A stretch of DNA of 59,360 bases from Planctomycetales bacterium (GTDB lineage: Bacteria > Omnitrophota > Gorgyraeia > Gygaellales > Profunditerraquicolaceae). The position numbers were made by a program, and so were the translations under genes. The stretch covers positions 1-59,360 of the forward strand of contig SBBM01000038.1 of the NCBI GenBank assembly GCA_005239725.1. The letters are read 5' to 3'. Positions 56,872-59,360 of the stretch are shown here, piece after piece. The notes beneath the pieces were generated by a model that made no database searches, was not told where the DNA came from, and saw only the letters and a list, made by a program, of their open reading frames with translations. Every line of letters starts with the position of its first letter. Position 1 is the stretch's first letter.

Positions 56872-57503
56872 CTTAATCTCCTTATTGCTTTACGATAATT
56901 GCCTGAGCCAAAAACATAGGAACCCGCCACCAATATGTTTGCCCCTGCCGCTACCGCAATTTTGGCTGTTCTTTCGTTTATGCCGCCGTCTACCGAAATA
57001 TCCCCCTTAAACATTGAACGCAGTCTTTTTATTTTTGACAAGACGCTCTCAATAAATTCCTGACCGGCAAAACCCGGATTAACCGTCATTATCAGCGCAA
57101 AATCGGCAAATTTAAGCACATTTTTTATTTTAGATAGCGGTGTGCCCGGATTTAACGAAATGCCGAATCTTATACCCCTTGCAGCTAATTTTGATTTTTG
57201 GATTTTGATTTTTGATTTTGATATAGTTTCTATGTGCACAGTAATCATATCGCTTCCGGCCTTCACAAAAGAATCAATCAGCTTTTCGGGATTCTCTATC
57301 ATTAAATGCACGTCCAAGGGCAGTTTTGTCGAGCCTTTTAAGTCTTTTATGACAACAGGGCCTATGGTTATGTTAGGGACGAACTGGCCGTCCATAACAT
57401 CAACATGAATCATATCTGCGCCGGCGGCTTCGACCTTTTTAAGCTCTTTGCCCAAACAACTGAAATCCGCGGATAATATCGAAGGTGCAATTTTTATTCT
57501 CAT
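56859..57503 (-). CDS. rpe: Ribulose-phosphate 3-epimerase
   Basis: APSILSADF, HVDVMDG, DVHLM, VNPGFAGQ and VDGG motifs. Confidence 0.96.
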   Translation of the reverse strand: MRIKIAPSILSADFSCLGKELKKVEAAGADMIHVDVMDGQFVPNITIGPVVIKDLKGSTKLPLDVHLMIENPEKLIDSFVKAGSDMITVHIETISKSKIKIQKSKLAARGIRFGISLNPGTPLSKIKNVLKFADFALIMTVNPGFAGQEFIESVLSKIKRLRSMFKGDISVDGGINERTAKIAVAAGANILVAGSYVFGSGNYRKAIRRLRCEG

Positions 57504-58066
57504 TTATATAATTTATTTTTATTGATATAATCAAAAACTGCTTCGGGGACGAGGTAGCGGAAGGATTTCCCTTCCTTCACCCGCGCCCGTATTTCAAACG
57601 CCGAGACATCCACTGCCCTGATGGCAAGCGTTGAAATATATGACGGGATCTTTTCCAAAGGATAACCCGGCCTGGTTGCCACGATAAATTTTACCATCTT
57701 GATAATCTCATTTAAATCCTTCCATTCTTCCAGGTATTTAAGCAGGTCCGAACCGGTGATAAAATATAATTCTTCATCGGGATAGCTCTCGTTAAACTCC
57801 CGTATAGTATCTATCGTGTAAGAGCGGCCTTTCCTTTTTATTTCAATACCTGAAACAGAAAAATATTTATTGTTCTTTGTGGCTATTTTTATCATATCGT
57901 ACCTTGCCGCAGCAGGCGCAACATCAGAATTATCCTTGTGCGGCGGAAAATAGGCCGGTACGAATATGACTTTGTCAAGGCAGAGTTTCTCCCTTATTTC
58001 CTCGGCAAGTATCAGGTGGCCGATGTGGATGGGATTGAATGTACCGCCTAAAATGCCTATTTTCAT
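57500..58066 (-). CDS. nadD: Nicotinate-nucleotide adenylyltransferase
   Basis: GGTFNPIHIGH, PPHK, SYTIDT and GSD motifs. Confidence 0.95.
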   Translation of the reverse strand: MKIGILGGTFNPIHIGHLILAEEIREKLCLDKVIFVPAYFPPHKDNSDVAPAAARYDMIKIATKNNKYFSVSGIEIKRKGRSYTIDTIREFNESYPDEELYFITGSDLLKYLEEWKDLNEIIKMVKFIVATRPGYPLEKIPSYISTLAIRAVDVSAFEIRARVKEGKSFRYLVPEAVFDYINKNKLYK

Positions 58067-59328
58067 TTTCTTATCTGTCCATTTCCGTAGACAATGTATT
58101 TATACGTGGTCAATTCTTCGAGCGCCATAGGCCCGCGGGCGTGCAGCTTATCGGTTGAAATTCCGATTTCTCCGCCCATGCCAAATTGATAACCGTCGGT
58201 AAAACGTGTTGAGGCATTATGGTAAACGCAGGCCGAATCAACTTTCTTCAGAAATTCGTCCGCGGTTTTCTTATTTTCGGTGATAATACTATCTGAATGA
58301 TGCGAACCGTAAAAATTTATGTGGTTTACTGCTTCCCTTAAATCCCTGACTACCTTTACCGAAAGGATTAAATCTAAATACTCGGTAGCGTAATCTTTTT
58401 CGTTTGCCTTTTTTGCCCCTTTAAAAGCCTTGCGCGTAAAATCGCAGCCGCGAATTTCTACTCCGGCATCGCTAAATCTTTGAAGCATCCGGGGTAAAAA
58501 TTTTCCGGCGATATCTTTATGCACAAGCATACTCTCCATGGCATTACAAACGCCAGGGCGCTGGACTTTAGCGTTAAAACAAATCTTTTCTGCTTTGCTT
58601 AAATCCGCCTGTTTATCCACATAAACATGGCATATCCCTTTGTAATGTTTTATCACCGGCATCCGCGAAGATTTAACAACCTTATTAATCAAGCCTTTTC
58701 CTCCGCGGGGCATAACCAGATCAATGTAAGTATTCTGCTTAAGCAGAATATCTACTGCCCGCCTATCTTTTATCGCAACCATATTTATCATACCCCTAGG
58801 TATAGGATATTTCTTTATCGCTTCTTTTATTAATCCGTAAATCGCCATATTGGAAACGAGCGCCTCGCTTCCTCCCCGCAGGATTACGCTATTACCCGAC
58901 TTAAAGCAAAGCCCTATACAGTCGGAGGTGACATTAGGACGTGACTCATAGATAATCGCGATAACGCCTATGGGAACACGCACCTTTTTTATCAAGAGCC
59001 TGTTTGGCCTGCGCCATTCTTTTATAACTTGCCCGACGTAATCCGGGAGCTTGGCAATCTCTATTAGAGAATCACACATCTGGGAAATCCGTTTCTCGTT
59101 CAATATAAGCCTGTCTATTAAAGCCGGAGACAAGCCGGATTTTCTGGCCGCCTTTACATCCTTTTTATTGGCCTTTAATATAACGTCCCTTTTCTTATTC
59201 AAAAGATAAGCCATATCCCTGATTGCCCTATTCTTCAGGGTGGCGGGCAAGCCAAAGGCCGAACGAAAGGCCTTTTGGGCTCTTTTAGCTATTTCAATAA
59301 TGCCTGTTTCTAACTCATTATTTTTCAT
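58063..59328 (-). CDS. proA: Glutamate-5-semialdehyde dehydrogenase
   Basis: IYESRPNVT, RPGVCNA, NASTRFTDG and GISTDKLHARGP motifs. Confidence 0.97.
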   Translation of the reverse strand: MKNNELETGIIEIAKRAQKAFRSAFGLPATLKNRAIRDMAYLLNKKRDVILKANKKDVKAARKSGLSPALIDRLILNEKRISQMCDSLIEIAKLPDYVGQVIKEWRRPNRLLIKKVRVPIGVIAIIYESRPNVTSDCIGLCFKSGNSVILRGGSEALVSNMAIYGLIKEAIKKYPIPRGMINMVAIKDRRAVDILLKQNTYIDLVMPRGGKGLINKVVKSSRMPVIKHYKGICHVYVDKQADLSKAEKICFNAKVQRPGVCNAMESMLVHKDIAGKFLPRMLQRFSDAGVEIRGCDFTRKAFKGAKKANEKDYATEYLDLILSVKVVRDLREAVNHINFYGSHHSDSIITENKKTADEFLKKVDSACVYHNASTRFTDGYQFGMGGEIGISTDKLHARGPMALEELTTYKYIVYGNGQIRK

Positions 59329-59360
59329 AATGTTATATTCAAGGGAAACGTCCCCTATAA

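Overview
The whole window is co-oriented on the minus strand, with tightly coupled genes in the standard bacterial code. In transcription order (right to left) it starts with housekeeping genes (proA, nadD, rpe, phosphohexomutase, plsC, ispH, rpsA, tyrS). These run into nucleotide-sugar genes (HexNAc 4-epimerase, manC, ugd, uxs) interrupted by an AAA+/DUF4143 ATPase. An IS1202/ISNCY-type transposase scar follows, then a ~44 kb surface-glycan locus headed by an EPS-associated MarR-type regulator. That locus encodes a full pseudaminic-acid pathway with an amidino-forming WbuXYZ-like trio and a second, short NeuB/NeuA pair. It also has about 10 glycosyltransferases, a PglK/MsbA-type flippase, a GT-C-like membrane protein and an O-antigen-ligase-like protein (truncated at the left edge). 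The glycan region as a whole carries an unusual tailoring set: five cobalamin-binding radical SAM enzymes, one radical SAM/SPASM enzyme and eight SAM methyltransferases. Two things stand out. One is the radical-SAM-rich glycan-tailoring system. The other is a fixed-length 52-bp hairpin repeat (GGGGACAG...CTGTCCCC family) with compensatory base changes, found between genes and in-frame inside ManC, with shorter relatives inside the epimerase. All protein calls come from recognising motifs by eye; no database search was run. The gene style is reminiscent of Omnitrophota, but that is only an impression.
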